Shown here piece after piece: positions 24,291 to 35,464 of a stretch of DNA of 64,000 bases; the first letter of the stretch is position 1; every line of letters begins with the position of its first letter. This DNA is from an uncultured Actinomycetota bacterium (GTDB lineage Bacteria; Actinomycetota; Actinomycetes; JAFAQI01), in contig CAVYQE010000001.1 in NCBI GenBank assembly GCA_963770565.1, positions 64,001 through 128,000 of the forward strand. The letters are read 5' to 3'. The position numbers and the translations under genes were made by a program. Below the pieces are notes generated by a model that worked only from the letters and a program-made list of their open reading frames with translations, made no database searches and was not told the DNA's origin.

Positions 24291-25508
24291 ATGATAACCC
24301 ATTTTTCGACGATCGACGACGCCGTGGCTGCCATTCGCCGTGGGGCGGTGGTGATCGTGGTCGATGCCGAGGACCGCGAGAATGAAGGCGACTTCATCTG
24401 CGCGGCCGAGAAGGTCGATCCCGAGATCGTCAACTTCATGATCACGCACGGCCGCGGGCAGCTTTGCATGCCCGTGCTGCCCGAGGTTTGCGAGCGGCTC
24501 AAGATTCCCTTGATGGTCGAGTCGAACACCGCCCCGCTGGGGACGAATTTCACGGTCCCCGTCGATCATCGCACGTCGAAAACGGGCATCACCGCGCAAG
24601 AGCGAGCCCGCACGATTCGCGCAATCCTCGATCCGACCAGCAAACCGAGCGATTTCGTTCGTCCGGGACACTTGTTTCCGCTCGTGGCGAAAGAAGGGGG
24701 CGTGCTCCGCCGGGCCGGGCATACCGAAGCGGCCGTCGATCTGGCCCGATTAGCGGAGCTGGCGCCGGCCGGCGTGCTCTGCGAAATCCTCGACGGCGAG
24801 GGGAACCGGGCCAATCGCAAGCTGCTCTTCGAATTGGCCGCTCGGCACGAACTCGAAATCATCTCGATCGAAGAGCTGATTCGCTATCGACGGATGCGCG
24901 AGAAGCTGGTCTATCGGATCGCCGAAGCGAAGCTCCCGACGCGGCACGGCCATTTCAAGCTGATCGCTTACGGCGTGAAATACGAGAGCCAGGAGCCGAT
25001 CGTGTTGGTGCTGGGCGACCCGACAAAGGTCGTTGCCCCGCTGGTGCGGCTGCATTCGTCTTGCTTCACCGGCGACCTGCTCGATTCGCTCCGCTGCGAT
25101 TGCGGCGACCAATTGCACATGGCGCTCGATATGATCGGCCGCGAGGGGAGCGGCGTGCTGGTCTATCTGCCACAAGAGGGGCGCGGCATCGGGCTGATCG
25201 AAAAGATCAAGGCCTATGAATTGCAAGACGGCGGGCTCGACACGGTCGAGGCGAATCTGGCGCTGGGCTTCAAGGCCGACACGCGCGACTATGGCGTCGG
25301 CATTCAATTGCTCAAGGATCTGGGGCTCTCGAAAGTGCGGCTGTTGACGAACAATCCGAAAAAGACCGACGCCTTCATCTATGGCGGCTTCGATCTGGAG
25401 GTGATCGACCAAGTGCCGATCCTGCCGCCCGTCCACGAGCACAACGCCCGCTACATGGCCACCAAGCGCGAGAAGCTCGGCCATCATCTGCCGGAAGATT
25501 CGGTGTAA
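24291..25508 (+). CDS. ribBA: Bifunctional DHBP synthase / GTP cyclohydrolase II
   Basis: DRENEGD, RPGHLFPL, RAGHTEA, VRLHSSC, RCDCGDQL, QEGRGIGL, LLTNNPKK. Confidence 0.97.
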   Translation: MITHFSTIDDAVAAIRRGAVVIVVDAEDRENEGDFICAAEKVDPEIVNFMITHGRGQLCMPVLPEVCERLKIPLMVESNTAPLGTNFTVPVDHRTSKTGITAQERARTIRAILDPTSKPSDFVRPGHLFPLVAKEGGVLRRAGHTEAAVDLARLAELAPAGVLCEILDGEGNRANRKLLFELAARHELEIISIEELIRYRRMREKLVYRIAEAKLPTRHGHFKLIAYGVKYESQEPIVLVLGDPTKVVAPLVRLHSSCFTGDLLDSLRCDCGDQLHMALDMIGREGSGVLVYLPQEGRGIGLIEKIKAYELQDGGLDTVEANLALGFKADTRDYGVGIQLLKDLGLSKVRLLTNNPKKTDAFIYGGFDLEVIDQVPILPPVHEHNARYMATKREKLGHHLPEDSV

Positions 25509-25546
25509 TCCGCGGGTTCGGCCCGATCGGGCTCCGGGGGCGGAGC

Positions 25547-26419
25547 TAGGCTGTGAAAAATGCTCGATTTGTTGCGGCACCGGGGTGGGGCGGTTTGATT
25601 GGTTTTTGTTCCGCGCGCTGCGATTGCCCGCGCTTCGCAATCAACCAGAGTCGTGGTCATGGCATTCGTCTCTCGTAGCCTCGGGCTGCGCCGGTGCTGT
25701 GCAATCTGTGCGGTTTCGAGGTGGAATTCGAGTTCGTGTTTTGGTCGGTTTTTGTTCCGCCTACGTACTCGCGCAATTCCGATTCTGAGGTGGCATGAAA
25801 TTCATCCCGATAGGGATGGTAGACATTAGCCGGCGGTTTCGGCCGCAGGCCGACACCGCCGGTATCGGAACGCGAAAAACTTGCTTCGACCCCGGTAGGG
25901 GTCGCAGAGCGCTGGCACCCCTATCGGGGTGCAAAAGGGGTTATTCGATTTCACGACCGGTGGTATCGGCCTGACGGCCTCAACCACCGGCTAATGTCTG
26001 GGAACCCTACCGGGTTCCTTGATCTCCTGCCGTCCCTTCCAAAACCCGGAACAAAAACAGCATAAACGTTGACACGAACCCCGCTAAAGACTGCCGCGCT
26101 TGCCTCGATCCGCGAAAATCCGCGCAATCCGCGGCAAAATGCTTGTTTCTTGCCGCGGATTCGCGGATTTTCGCGGATTTTCGAATCGGCAAATCGAACA
26201 GCCGAACGACGCCAACTCGACGACCTTTTCCGACTCCTCGAGCGGGCTGCCGACGTTTTTTCCCTGCGGAATCGCCCGGCGGGAATGCCGCGGCTACTTG
26301 AAAAAGCCGGCGGCAACTTTCGATCGGTCGAAACAACATCGCTCGACCACGCCGCGCGCGAGCGGAACAAATAGGGAATAAACTTTCGAACTCTCGAAGG
26401 GCCGATTTTTCACAGCCTA
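25547..26419. mobile_element. Non-autonomous MITE-like element (family A), 873 bp
   Basis: Perfect 15-bp terminal inverted repeats TAGGCTGTGAAAAAT; 9-bp target duplication GGGCGGAGC; no transposase ORF. Confidence 0.85.
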
Positions 26420-26767
26420 GGGCGGAGCTGCCGGCTGGAGCACGGCTCTCCCGAGCCGGCTGTAGCACGGCTCTCCCGAGCCGGCTGGAGCACGGCTCTC
26501 CCGAGCCGGATGGAGCACGGCTCTCCCGAGCCGGATGTAGGACGGCTCTCCCGAGCCGTCCGTGGCTGTGGCATGGCTCTCCCGAGCCGTTTCCGCAACG
26601 CCGGACGGCTCGGGAGAGCCGTCCTACAGCGCCGATTTTCACAGCGTCGATTTCACAGCGCCCGCGCGTTGCCTTTTTGCAACGTATGTTTCTCTGCCGC
26701 CATCTCCTGGCGGCGGCTCGCCCGAGCGAGCGCGGCTTGAAATCGAATTCGCATCCCCGGCTCGACC

Positions 26768-27890
26768 ATGCGCACGATCCGTTCGACAACGGTTTTCCAG
26801 CGAGCGATTGCGCTGGCGATCGTCGGCCTTGTCGCCGGTTGCGCGGCGCGGCGTTCGTCGGCCGCGGTCGATTTTCCGGATCCGCGGCCGCTGTCGCCCG
26901 TCGAAGCGCGGATGTTGGCCGACGGCGCGGGCGGGACATTTCATCGGTTTTCGTTGATCGATGCCGCGCTGGTGGCCAGCGGAATCGAGCGCGACGCGGA
27001 TCGAGCCCGCTATCGCCGGAAATACGCGCTGTGGCGCGACGCGGCGCGGCGGTCGATCGCGGCCGAACCCTCGCCGCTGCGCCGCGCGGCGGCCCTGTTC
27101 GCGTTCATGCATCGCAAAATCCTCACGGGAAACTACGACGCAGCGGCGACCGAGTTGACCCATCCCCTCGACGAGGGCCGCTTCAATTGCGCCAGCGCCA
27201 CGCTCCTGTTCACGGCGCTCGCCACCGATTGCGGGCTGACGGTTCACGCCATCGAGCGGCCGCGTCATGCGATGTGCGTTTTGGAGATCGACGGCCGGCG
27301 GACCGACGTCGAAACGACCTGTCCGAATTGGTTCGAAATCGCTCCCGCGGTCCGGCGGCAGGCGGAGATCGCCCTGGCCATGCGCCACGCGCGCGACGAC
27401 AAGATGGCCGGCGGCGGGGTGTCCGGCGATGCGAAGATCGGCGCAAGCTCGACCGGCGATCGCGCGGCGCTGGGCCGGGAAATCGGCCCGGCGGCGCTTG
27501 TGGCCATGATCTATTACAACCGGGGCGTCGATCGGCTCCGCGAACGACGGTATGCCGCAGCGGTGTCGGAGAATCTGCGTGCTTTGCGGCTCGATCCGAT
27601 CAACGAAACGGCCCGCGGCAATCTGCTGGCCGCGATCGACAATTGGGCGCTGGCGCGCTCGGCGGCGGGCGATTATCGCGCGGCTGCCGATCTGCTGGCC
27701 CGCGGGCTGGCGATCGCCCCCGACCACGAGCCATTCCTGCGCCAATCGGCGGCATGTGTATCGCACCTGGATTCAATCGCTCGTCGCCGCCGGCGAGCGG
27801 CGCGAAGCGATCGCCATCCTCGCCGCCGCGAGAAAAGCCGACCCCAACTCGCTCGTCTGGAATCTCTGGTCGCAAAGATTGGGGCTTTAA
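26768..27890 (+). CDS. Putative lipoprotein with transglutaminase-like and TPR domains (frameshift near the end)
   Basis: LVAGC lipobox-like; FNCAS / RHAMC / DVET Cys-His-Asp pattern; YYNRGV TPR-like repeats. Confidence 0.65.
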
Positions 27891-27967
27891 CCGGGACTTC
27901 GGCGATCGAATCACTCCCTGCCACCGCGTCATGGCGAGTTGGATTCATCCGTTTGTCGAAATTGCCG

Positions 27968-28113
27968 GCCCCCGACCCCCGACCCCCGACCCCCGACCCC
28001 CGACCCCCGCCCCCCGACCCCCCGACCCCACCCCCGACCCCCGACCCCCGACCCCCGGCCCCCGACCCCCGACCCCCGACCCCCGACCCCAGGCCCCCCG
28101 ACCCCCGACCCCC
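27968..28113. repeat. Heptamer tandem tract (CCCCGAC)n
   Basis: About 20 imperfect copies; same unit at 34697..34795, 55381..55414 and 55621..55710. Confidence 0.9.
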
Positions 28114-28234
28114 GGCTTCGTCCTGCCGTTGCGAGCCGCCGAGCGGTGGCGTATCTTAGTAGGTTTGGCGTTCGAGCGAGTCCGTAGTCTGTTCTCGACA
28201 TCCGACCCCCCACGCAAATGCAGCGAGGTGATCC

Positions 28235-30002
28235 ATGGCGACCGCGACCAAACCCCGTAGTGCGAATCAGCTTGTCACCGGCGCGGACGTGGTCGTCCAA
28301 TCGCTGGTGAATCACGGGGTCGAGGTGATTTTCGCCTATCCGGGCGGAGCGAGCATGCCCCTGCATCAATCGCTCACGCGGTTCAAAGATCAACTCCGTA
28401 CGATCCTCCCCCGCCATGAGCAGGGGGGCAGTTTCGCGGCCCAAGGCTATGCCCGCTCGACCGGCAAGCCGGGGGTTTGCATGGCCACGAGCGGCCCCGG
28501 CGCTTTGAACCTCGTGACCGCCATCGGCGACGCCAAGATGGACAGCATTCCGCTGGTCGCGCTGACCGGCCAGGTCGGCACGTCGGTGATCGGCTCCGAC
28601 GCCTTTCAAGAAACGCCGATCGTCGAGGTCTGCCGCGGGATCACGAAGCATCATTATCTCGTGACCGACGTGCAGGACGTGGCCCGCGTGATGCGCGAGG
28701 CATTTCACATCGCGACGACCGGTCGGCCCGGCCCGGTGCTGGTCGATCTGCCGAAAAACGTGCAGCAGGCGCAGGTCGTGCCCGACTACGACGTGCCGAT
28801 GAACTTGCCCGGCTATCGCGTCGAGCGGCATCGGCGCGGCCCGAGCAAATCGCCCAGGTCGCCGCGGCGATCCACCGCGCGGCGGCCGGTGATCTATGCC
28901 GGCGGCGGGATCATCTCCGGCGACGCCAGCGAAGAGCTGCGGGGCTGATTCACAAGACGGGCATCCCGATCACCACGACCGTCATGGGGCTCGGCGCCGT
29001 GCGCGGCGACGATCCGCTCTGGCTCGACATGCTCGGCATGCATGGCAGCGTCTATTCGAACTATGCGGTCGACGAGGCCGATCTCGTGCTGGCGCTGGGG
29101 GTGCGATTCGACGACCGCGTGACCGGCAAGAAGGAGGAATTCGCCAAGCCGCCTTCATCGTTCACATCGACATCGACCCCTCGGAGATCAACAAGAACAA
29201 GCTGGCTCATATCCCGATCGTCAGCGATTTGAAATTCGCGCTGGGGGAATTGAACAAGATCGTCGAGCCGCCGGCGGCCGACCTCGAGCCGTGGCACCGG
29301 CAGATCGCCGAGTGGAAGGCCGGCGATCCGCTGCATTACGACGCCTCGTTCGAGGGCATCCTGCCCCAGCACGCGATTGCCGAACTCTCGCGGCTGACCG
29401 GCGGCGAAGACACGATCATCACCGTCGGCGTCGGCCAGCATCAGATGTGGTCGGCCCAGTTCTACAAGTTCATGCACCCCCGCACCTGGCTTTCCAGCTC
29501 CGGCCTGGGGACGATGGGCTTCGGGCTGCCGGCCGCGATGGGGGCCAAGGCGGCTCATCCGGACAAGCTGGTCGTCGATATCGACGGCGATGGCAGCTTC
29601 ATGATGAACATTCAAGAGTTGGCCACCTGCTTTTGCGAGAAGCTGCCGGTCAAGGTCATGCTGCTCAACAATCAGCATCTCGGGATGGTCGTGCAGTGGG
29701 AGGATCGATTTTTCAAGGGGAATCGGGCGCACACCTATCTCGGTCCGATCGACAATCCCGAGGCGACGGGCGAGGGAGACGGGCTGGGCCCGGCCGTTCG
29801 TTACCCCGACTTCGTGACGATCGCCAAGGGTTTCGGCTGCGGTGCGCGGCATGTGAAGAAGAAGGCCGAACTGACCGACGCCCTGCGCGAGATGATCGCC
29901 TACGACGGCCCGTTCGTGCTCGACGTCGAGGTGCCTTATCAAGAGCACGTCCTGCCGATGATCCCCTCGGGCATGACGGTCCGCGACTTGATCAAGGAAT
30001 AG
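28235..30002 (+). CDS. ilvB: Acetolactate synthase large subunit (frameshifted)
   Basis: [56 protein letters not shown]. Confidence 0.95.
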
Positions 30003-30046
30003 GGCCGAGCGGCACGGCGCCGTTGGAGAACGGCCGACCAAATCGA

Positions 30047-30688
30047 TTTCTCGTTCCCAGGCTCCGCCTGGGAACGCACTGCTCCTGAGGCTCCGCCTCA
30101 ACATCCTGGCGCCGCTCGGTTCGCAGTGCCCCTGTCGGGCGCTCCGCCGGCCGCTCACGGCCGCGGCGTGCCGGCGGTGGGACTCGCAGCCGAGTCGGGC
30201 GAGCATTGGGCACCATGTCGGCGCGGGGCGTCAGTCGCTGGCAATGACGACGAGGCGGAGCCTCGCGGGCAGTGCGGTCCCAGGCAGAGCCTGGGACCGA
30301 GGGAAAATGTACTCGTCACGCTCCGCGTGACGTTTCCGGTTACCGTACTCGTCACGCTCCGCGTGACGATCATCCTCACGCGGAGCGTGAGGAGTACATT
30401 TTTTTCTCGTTCCCAGGCTCCGCCTGGGAACGCACTGCTCCTGAGGCTCCGCCTCAACATCCTGGCGCCGCTCGGTTCGCAGTGCCCTGTCGGGCGCTCC
30501 GCCGGCCGCTCGCGGCCGTGCCGTGCCGGCGGTGGGTCTTGCTGCCGAGTCGGGCGAGCATTGGGCACCATGTCGGCGCGGGGCGTTAGTCGCTGGCAAC
30601 GACGACGAGGCGGAGCCTCGCGGGCAGTGCGGTCCCAGGCAGAGCCTGGGACCGAGGGAACATGTACTCGTCACGCTCCGCGTGACGT
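30047..30688. repeat. Tandem duplication (356-bp period) of a composite REP module
   Basis: TCGTTCCCAGGCTCCGCCTGGGAACG at 30051 and 30407; also GGTCCCAGGCAGAGCCTGGGACC and GTCACGCTCCGCGTGAC hairpins. Confidence 0.9.
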
Positions 30689-30782
30689 TGGGGCGAACAA
30701 AGGGGACATTCTGCTGTTCCGGCATGAATAAAGCAGAATGTCCCAACTGCCGTCCCCTTAAATTGAGTCCGCCCTACCCGCG

Positions 30783-31201
30783 CTACCATCCTGGGCCGCT
30801 TCGCCTGCTGGGCGGCGAAACGAGACGGAGCATGTGGGGGTTAAACTCGTCTGGCGGCTCGCCGCGTTCAACGCAGTCGATCATTTTTATAAGGTCTGAA
30901 AAGCCGGAAATCCAATCATCCCAGAACTCGGGCTGCTCCCAGTCCTTCGGCCCGCGATCGGTGTTGACCCTATACGCGTCCTTGATCGCCTGTACCAAAA
31001 GCTGCTTGGTTGCGGGCGAAGCTGGCGCACATCTATTGTATAGTAAAGGTTGACCGCCTCGTCGTGCTCCAGCCACTCCGCGAATCCACGACCCTCTGGA
31101 GTGTCCGGCAGCGACTCAATTACATTCCGAACCAGAACCCTGAACGCCCAGCCGGATCGGCCATATGCACGCCCATCGCCGAGAACCAATAGGCCACCCA
31201 T
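30783..31201 (-). CDS. Hypothetical protein, putative immunity-type (frameshifted)
   Basis: GGAGG RBS, MGGLLVLGDGRAY... joined across a frameshift to ...WEQPEFWDDWISGF; lies in the Rhs-downstream gene train. Confidence 0.55.
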
Positions 31202-31399
31202 CACGCGTCCCTCCGTCCTGTGATTGATCCGATTTGAGTGATTTAAGGAATTGAGCGTGCGAGGGGACAGCAAACGGGAAGCATCGCGTGCAACGAGAAA
31301 GAGCCGATCCGGGAACCCGAGAAACCCTAATGGCGTAAGCTGAATCAGGCTTGCACGATAGGCTCTCGGACAGGCTCTGGGGCGAACAAAGGGGACATT

Positions 31400-31928
31400 C
31401 TATTGGAATGTCCCCTTTCCCGCCCTTGTAAATGGATTCTTGAATGGTCTTTCCACCATTTCGACGTTGGGATCGTATTTCAGGATGTCAACGTCGCCCA
31501 GCCATAATTCGAAAAACCCGTCGAGCGCGTAATCCTGAGGGAATAGCCGGCCGCCATCCAAGGTGTAAACACGCTGGATTCCGTCACACTTGACGCACGA
31601 CAGGATTGCGCAACCCCCAACCGCAAAATGGCAGAAGGCCAGCTTCCCATGTTTTCCCCATTTCCCTATGATCGCGTTCGAGCATTTTGTATGTTGCCAC
31701 GATATTCCCATAATCCGAGCAATGCCCGGCATCGACGCCCATAACGCCGCGGCCCGGGCCGAATCCGCCGTTTGCAATCTCCAGATAGCATTCCCGAAGC
31801 AACGGCGGCAAACCAAACCCGAGGTCCGCTTCCGCCTGGGCAATGCCGGCCGCATTGGCTGGCGGAACCGCCACGTCGAGACACCTCACTTCAATGAACC
31901 TCTTGATCCGATCGACTAGGCTGGACAT
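31400..31928 (-). CDS. SMI1/KNR4 (SUKH) family immunity protein (frameshifted)
   Basis: IAQAEADLGFGLPPLLRECYLEIANGGFGP, LLPFCGWG, CAILSCVKC. Confidence 0.85.
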
Positions 31929-32175
31929 AATTCTCCTCCGGTCACAAATCCAACCACCTTTCCGGTCGCGCCCAGCCAAAAGGTAATTGGCGTTCCGTTG
32001 AGAGCGTCCGAGATGGTGAGCGGGAACCAGGGGTCGGAAGTATTTAATAACTCGTTCTGCCCCTTTTTCCCGCCCAGCCGCCAAGCCGCCGCCTTGCCGG
32101 AAGTCCTTATCCAGCAACCGGCAGTGCCATTCGTGGCTGTCACCCTTTCCGTGCCCGGTTGGGCGCATTTTTTTG

Positions 32176-32535
32176 TTAGGCTTCTTTTACGACGATTGCA
32201 CGTGATCGTAAACCATGCAAAAACGTTCTAATCTTTGTGGCATCGCCGTCGGAAATTGTTTCTGGCATTTCAAACGCGATTTCATATCTTGAATATACGC
32301 CGGTCACCCCATTGGAAAGCGTAAAAGTAAAGCGAGGACCATTTCGCAGAAACTCAAACCATGCCGATCGTTCCAGGAGGGGTTCGCCAGCGACGTGACG
32401 ATATTTTTGATGCGCCCTATCCAATGTGTCAATCGAAACATCTTCGAAGGCATCATGCAGCGCTCGGGAAACCGCCTCGTGGCAGAAACAGGTCACGCCC
32501 TTACCCCAAAAGTCGATGGTGGCACTTACGCGCAT
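32176..32535 (-). CDS. Hypothetical protein in an integron-cassette-like unit
   Basis: 119-aa lower-GC ORF; GTTAGGC 4 nt before the ATG; stop codon inside GCCTAAC. Confidence 0.65.
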   Translation of the reverse strand: MRVSATIDFWGKGVTCFCHEAVSRALHDAFEDVSIDTLDRAHQKYRHVAGEPLLERSAWFEFLRNGPRFTFTLSNGVTGVYSRYEIAFEMPETISDGDATKIRTFLHGLRSRAIVVKEA

Positions 32536-32880
32536 AAAAGCCTAACTTGTTTCTAGACTGATCCGCATGTTACTGGTAGGCCGCATGCTTGCTGCCCGAC
32601 GCGCACGCACCACTTTGTCGTAACTCGAATAGTAGTCGTCGGAATGCCCCCGTCACACCAATTAGCGCGTGATAGGCTGATTCCGCCTGGCGCTCATCGG
32701 TCCGCCCCACCTCCGGCGAACCAACCGAGGCGATTTAGGTTTTGTGAAGTCGCGGTCTTCGTGTGGTGGGCGAACAAATCGTTGCCGGACAGATCAAAAA
32801 GCGCGACCAAAGGGGACATTCTACTTTTCCGCCATGAATAAAGTAGAAAATCCCCTTTCCCGCCCCTTTCCGGCCCGTTA

Positions 32881-33375
32881 TCACCGACTCAATGAGGCGC
32901 GCAGACCTGTCTTCCCGCGCGACGCCGCCTCCATGCCTTGGCTTATCCGAGCCAGTCCCTTTAACGTGTTCCAAACGCCGCTCAATGGTGTGCCCGCCTC
33001 GACCGGAAACGGGAGACGCTCGCCGCTCTTTGCGACGATCTGGACTTCGTTCATTTCCCGCTTTGTCTTCTCCAGTCCAAATGCATCGAGATCGACAACA
33101 GCATCACGAATATCCCTGGCAGCGATTGTGCGCAATTGCTTGCCGCAAAACCAAGTGGCCCTTTGCGTGGTAATAACAAACCAGCGCTCGCTCGATTCAA
33201 CGCCGCCAAGAACAGGCGACTCGTCACTGTGCAATTGGACGGCGCTTAGTAAAGTGTCCCTTTGTCCTTCCGCTAATTCATCGAAAACACGCGCAAACTG
33301 CCCATTTGATCCGTGCCGCCTGAAGATCCGGACTAATCTTTCTTTGACAAAATCGGGGCTCTTATTGATTGTCAC
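32881..33375 (-). CDS. Putative cognate immunity protein of the Rhs toxin
   Basis: GTG start overlaps the Rhs TGA stop (GTGA); 164 aa, lower GC. Confidence 0.6.
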   Translation of the reverse strand: MTINKSPDFVKERLVRIFRRHGSNGQFARVFDELAEGQRDTLLSAVQLHSDESPVLGGVESSERWFVITTQRATWFCGKQLRTIAARDIRDAVVDLDAFGLEKTKREMNEVQIVAKSGERLPFPVEAGTPLSGVWNTLKGLARISQGMEAASRGKTGLRASLSR

Positions 33376-34640
33376 GGCACAGATCCTCTCAGGATAATCG
33401 TCTCTGAGTTCACAAGTTCGATGTCGAATCCAAGCCGAGCAGCCATCGTAGGGCTCACGTTCATGATCGACTGGTTGATGATCGCGTTTCCGGTTATACT
33501 GACGTCCAATGCACCTGCCGCGCTTGCTTCGTTTCGTATTGCATTTGCAAGCGAAAAAAGCCCTTCGCTGTCAGTGGTGCTATACAATCCCCAAATATTC
33601 ATGTTGTAAGTGTTGCCAACGAGTCCTGAGCTTCCGGCAACTTCGTAGCCGGCGATGTTGCGGAGGGTGCCGCCATAGTAGGACGCGTCTTCCATCGGAA
33701 CGAGTCCCGTCCCGCTCTCGGAAGCATTAGCCGAAACGTCCGCAGCGCCTCCTCCGAAGTCAGCCCCGGCGTCCGCCGCCAAGAATTCGCCGGCGCCGAG
33801 CCCGTCGGTCGCCAGCATAAATGGTAGCGAGGCGGCCATCGAATAGCCACCGACAAACGCCTTTATGTCCGACCCGGCCCCGGGTGCGTCGAATGAATGC
33901 CGATATTCGCTCCAGCCATCGAGTCCCAGGCCCAGTCGGAAAAGCGCGTCGGCGCGGGCCTCGCCCATGACGTCGAATTCGCTCTTTTCGCCGCCATTCG
34001 CGGCGGGCGAGTTTGTCACAACCGGGCCGCCGTAGGCCACGCCCGATGCATGGTGCGAGGGCGCGGCCGGCGCCGGTGTCTGGTGCGAACTCGGCGGCGG
34101 GGACCACGGCGATTTATCCGGCCAGCCGGGCGGGGACGGAATTCCGTCGTTGATCATCCATGCGAGGGCGTCCATATCGGCCTCATCCTTGATATGGAAA
34201 CGGCTCGCCAACTCGCGTTGCGCCGCATCGCTTTCGTCCTCGTCGCCACACCAATACTGCTCCCGAAGGTCCAGGAAGTCTTTCTCGCTATCCGTGAGAG
34301 GCGGCACGTCGCCTTCCGACGCCAGCCCGCTGGGATCGACGAAATTCATCGGGCTGTTATTGGCGTATTCGAAGGGATTCGGGCCGGCGGCCAGGCCGGT
34401 GGGATCGGCGCTCATCCACCGCTCGAGGGCCGGGCTGTACCAGCGGCCGGGGACGCCGGTCCGCGGGTCGCTGTGGTATTCCAGGCCGGTCTCCTGGTCG
34501 AAGAACTTGCCCGTGTTCTCGAACAAGAATCCGCTGCCGCTGGCGAAGCTGCTGTATTCCGGGACTTCCTGGCCGAACGGATCGTAGGCCAAATGGGCGA
34601 CCGGCGTCACCCACCCGCCATCGCCGGGGTCGCCGTAGCT
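33372..34640 (-). CDS. Orphan Rhs core fragment plus C-terminal polymorphic toxin domain
   Basis: YDPFG, DQETGLEY, RWYSPALERWMSADP, YANNSPMNFVDPSGL cleavage motif, then a ~315-aa variable tail; no YD-repeat N-terminus. Confidence 0.85.
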   Translation of the reverse strand, partial: SYGDPGDGGWVTPVAHLAYDPFGQEVPEYSSFASGSGFLFENTGKFFDQETGLEYHSDPRTGVPGRWYSPALERWMSADPTGLAAGPNPFEYANNSPMNFVDPSGLASEGDVPPLTDSEKDFLDLREQYWCGDEDESDAAQRELASRFHIKDEADMDALAWMINDGIPSPPGWPDKSPWSPPPSSHQTPAPAAPSHHASGVAYGGPVVTNSPAANGGEKSEFDVMGEARADALFRLGLGLDGWSEYRHSFDAPGAGSDIKAFVGGYSMAASLPFMLATDGLGAGEFLAADAGADFGGGAADVSANASESGTGLVPMEDASYYGGTLRNIAGYEVAGSSGLVGNTYNMNIWGLYSTTDSEGLFSLANAIRNEASAAGALDVSITGNAIINQSIMNVSPTMAARLGFDIELVNSETIILRGSVP

Positions 34641-34905
34641 GAACGGGAACGGCGTCGGGAACCGTTTCAGAAACGGCCCCTCACACATCTTCTGCCCCCG
34701 ACCTCCGATCCTCGACCCCTGACCCTCGACCCCCGACCCCTCGACCCCGACCCCCGACCCCGACCCCCGACCCCACCCCGACCCCCGACCCCTGATTTGA
34801 CGCTCCTCGTTTTGCGACCTAGAGTTCCATTGCAGGGTGCCAGACTGCCCGGCTTCCGTGGTCGGCATGATTGGCACATTCGGCGCCATGGCCAGGGTGC
34901 GTGAT

Positions 34906-35460
34906 ATGAACTCCGTCGTTTCTTTCCACCCGCCGCGCGGTGTCTTGCGCGGCAGTCGAGGCGGGGCGCAGCGCGGCCGTCGGCGCCGCGGATCGGCGGT
35001 CGTCGAGGCCGCGCTGATCCTACCGATCATGTTGACGATGATGCTGGGCGTGTGGGAAGTCGGGCGGATGATTCAAGTCAGCCAGATTCTCGACAATGCG
35101 GCCCGCGAAGGGGCCCGCGTCGCCGCCGGCGGCTATGTGAACGGCACGGCCGTCACGGCCGCGACCGTGCAAACGGCCGTGCAAAACTATTTGACCGCCG
35201 CGGGACTCCCGGCGACGGCCGTCAACGGCTCGACGGTGACGATCACTTGCCTTGCCTCGCCCGTTTGGACCGATCCCTATGCCGCGCTGCCGCTCGATCC
35301 GTTCACGGTGACCGTGACGATCCCATCCGGAGCGCCGTTCGACAGTCTGCGGTGGAATCTGCTCAATCGCATCACGTCGGTCAGCCAGCTTTCGGCCACC
35401 GTCTATTGGCAGTCGGCGAACAATTCGCTCGTGACGGTGAGCACGACGATCCCTTATTAG
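34906..35460 (+). CDS. TadE-like pseudopilin
   Basis: RRRGSAVVEAALILP, AAREGAR. Confidence 0.88.
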   Translation: MNSVVSFHPPRGVLRGSRGGAQRGRRRRGSAVVEAALILPIMLTMMLGVWEVGRMIQVSQILDNAAREGARVAAGGYVNGTAVTAATVQTAVQNYLTAAGLPATAVNGSTVTITCLASPVWTDPYAALPLDPFTVTVTIPSGAPFDSLRWNLLNRITSVSQLSATVYWQSANNSLVTVSTTIPY

Positions 35461-35464
35461 CGAG

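Noticed and set aside
31260-31378. Transposase remnant ending in CTCTCGGACAGGCTC
   Set aside because: Only a single family-C-like terminal repeat; no transposase motif in any frame that I could identify
34640-35030. N-terminal part of the 552-aa Rhs ORF
   Set aside because: It is translated heptamer repeat, a palindrome and antisense tadE, not real Rhs sequence
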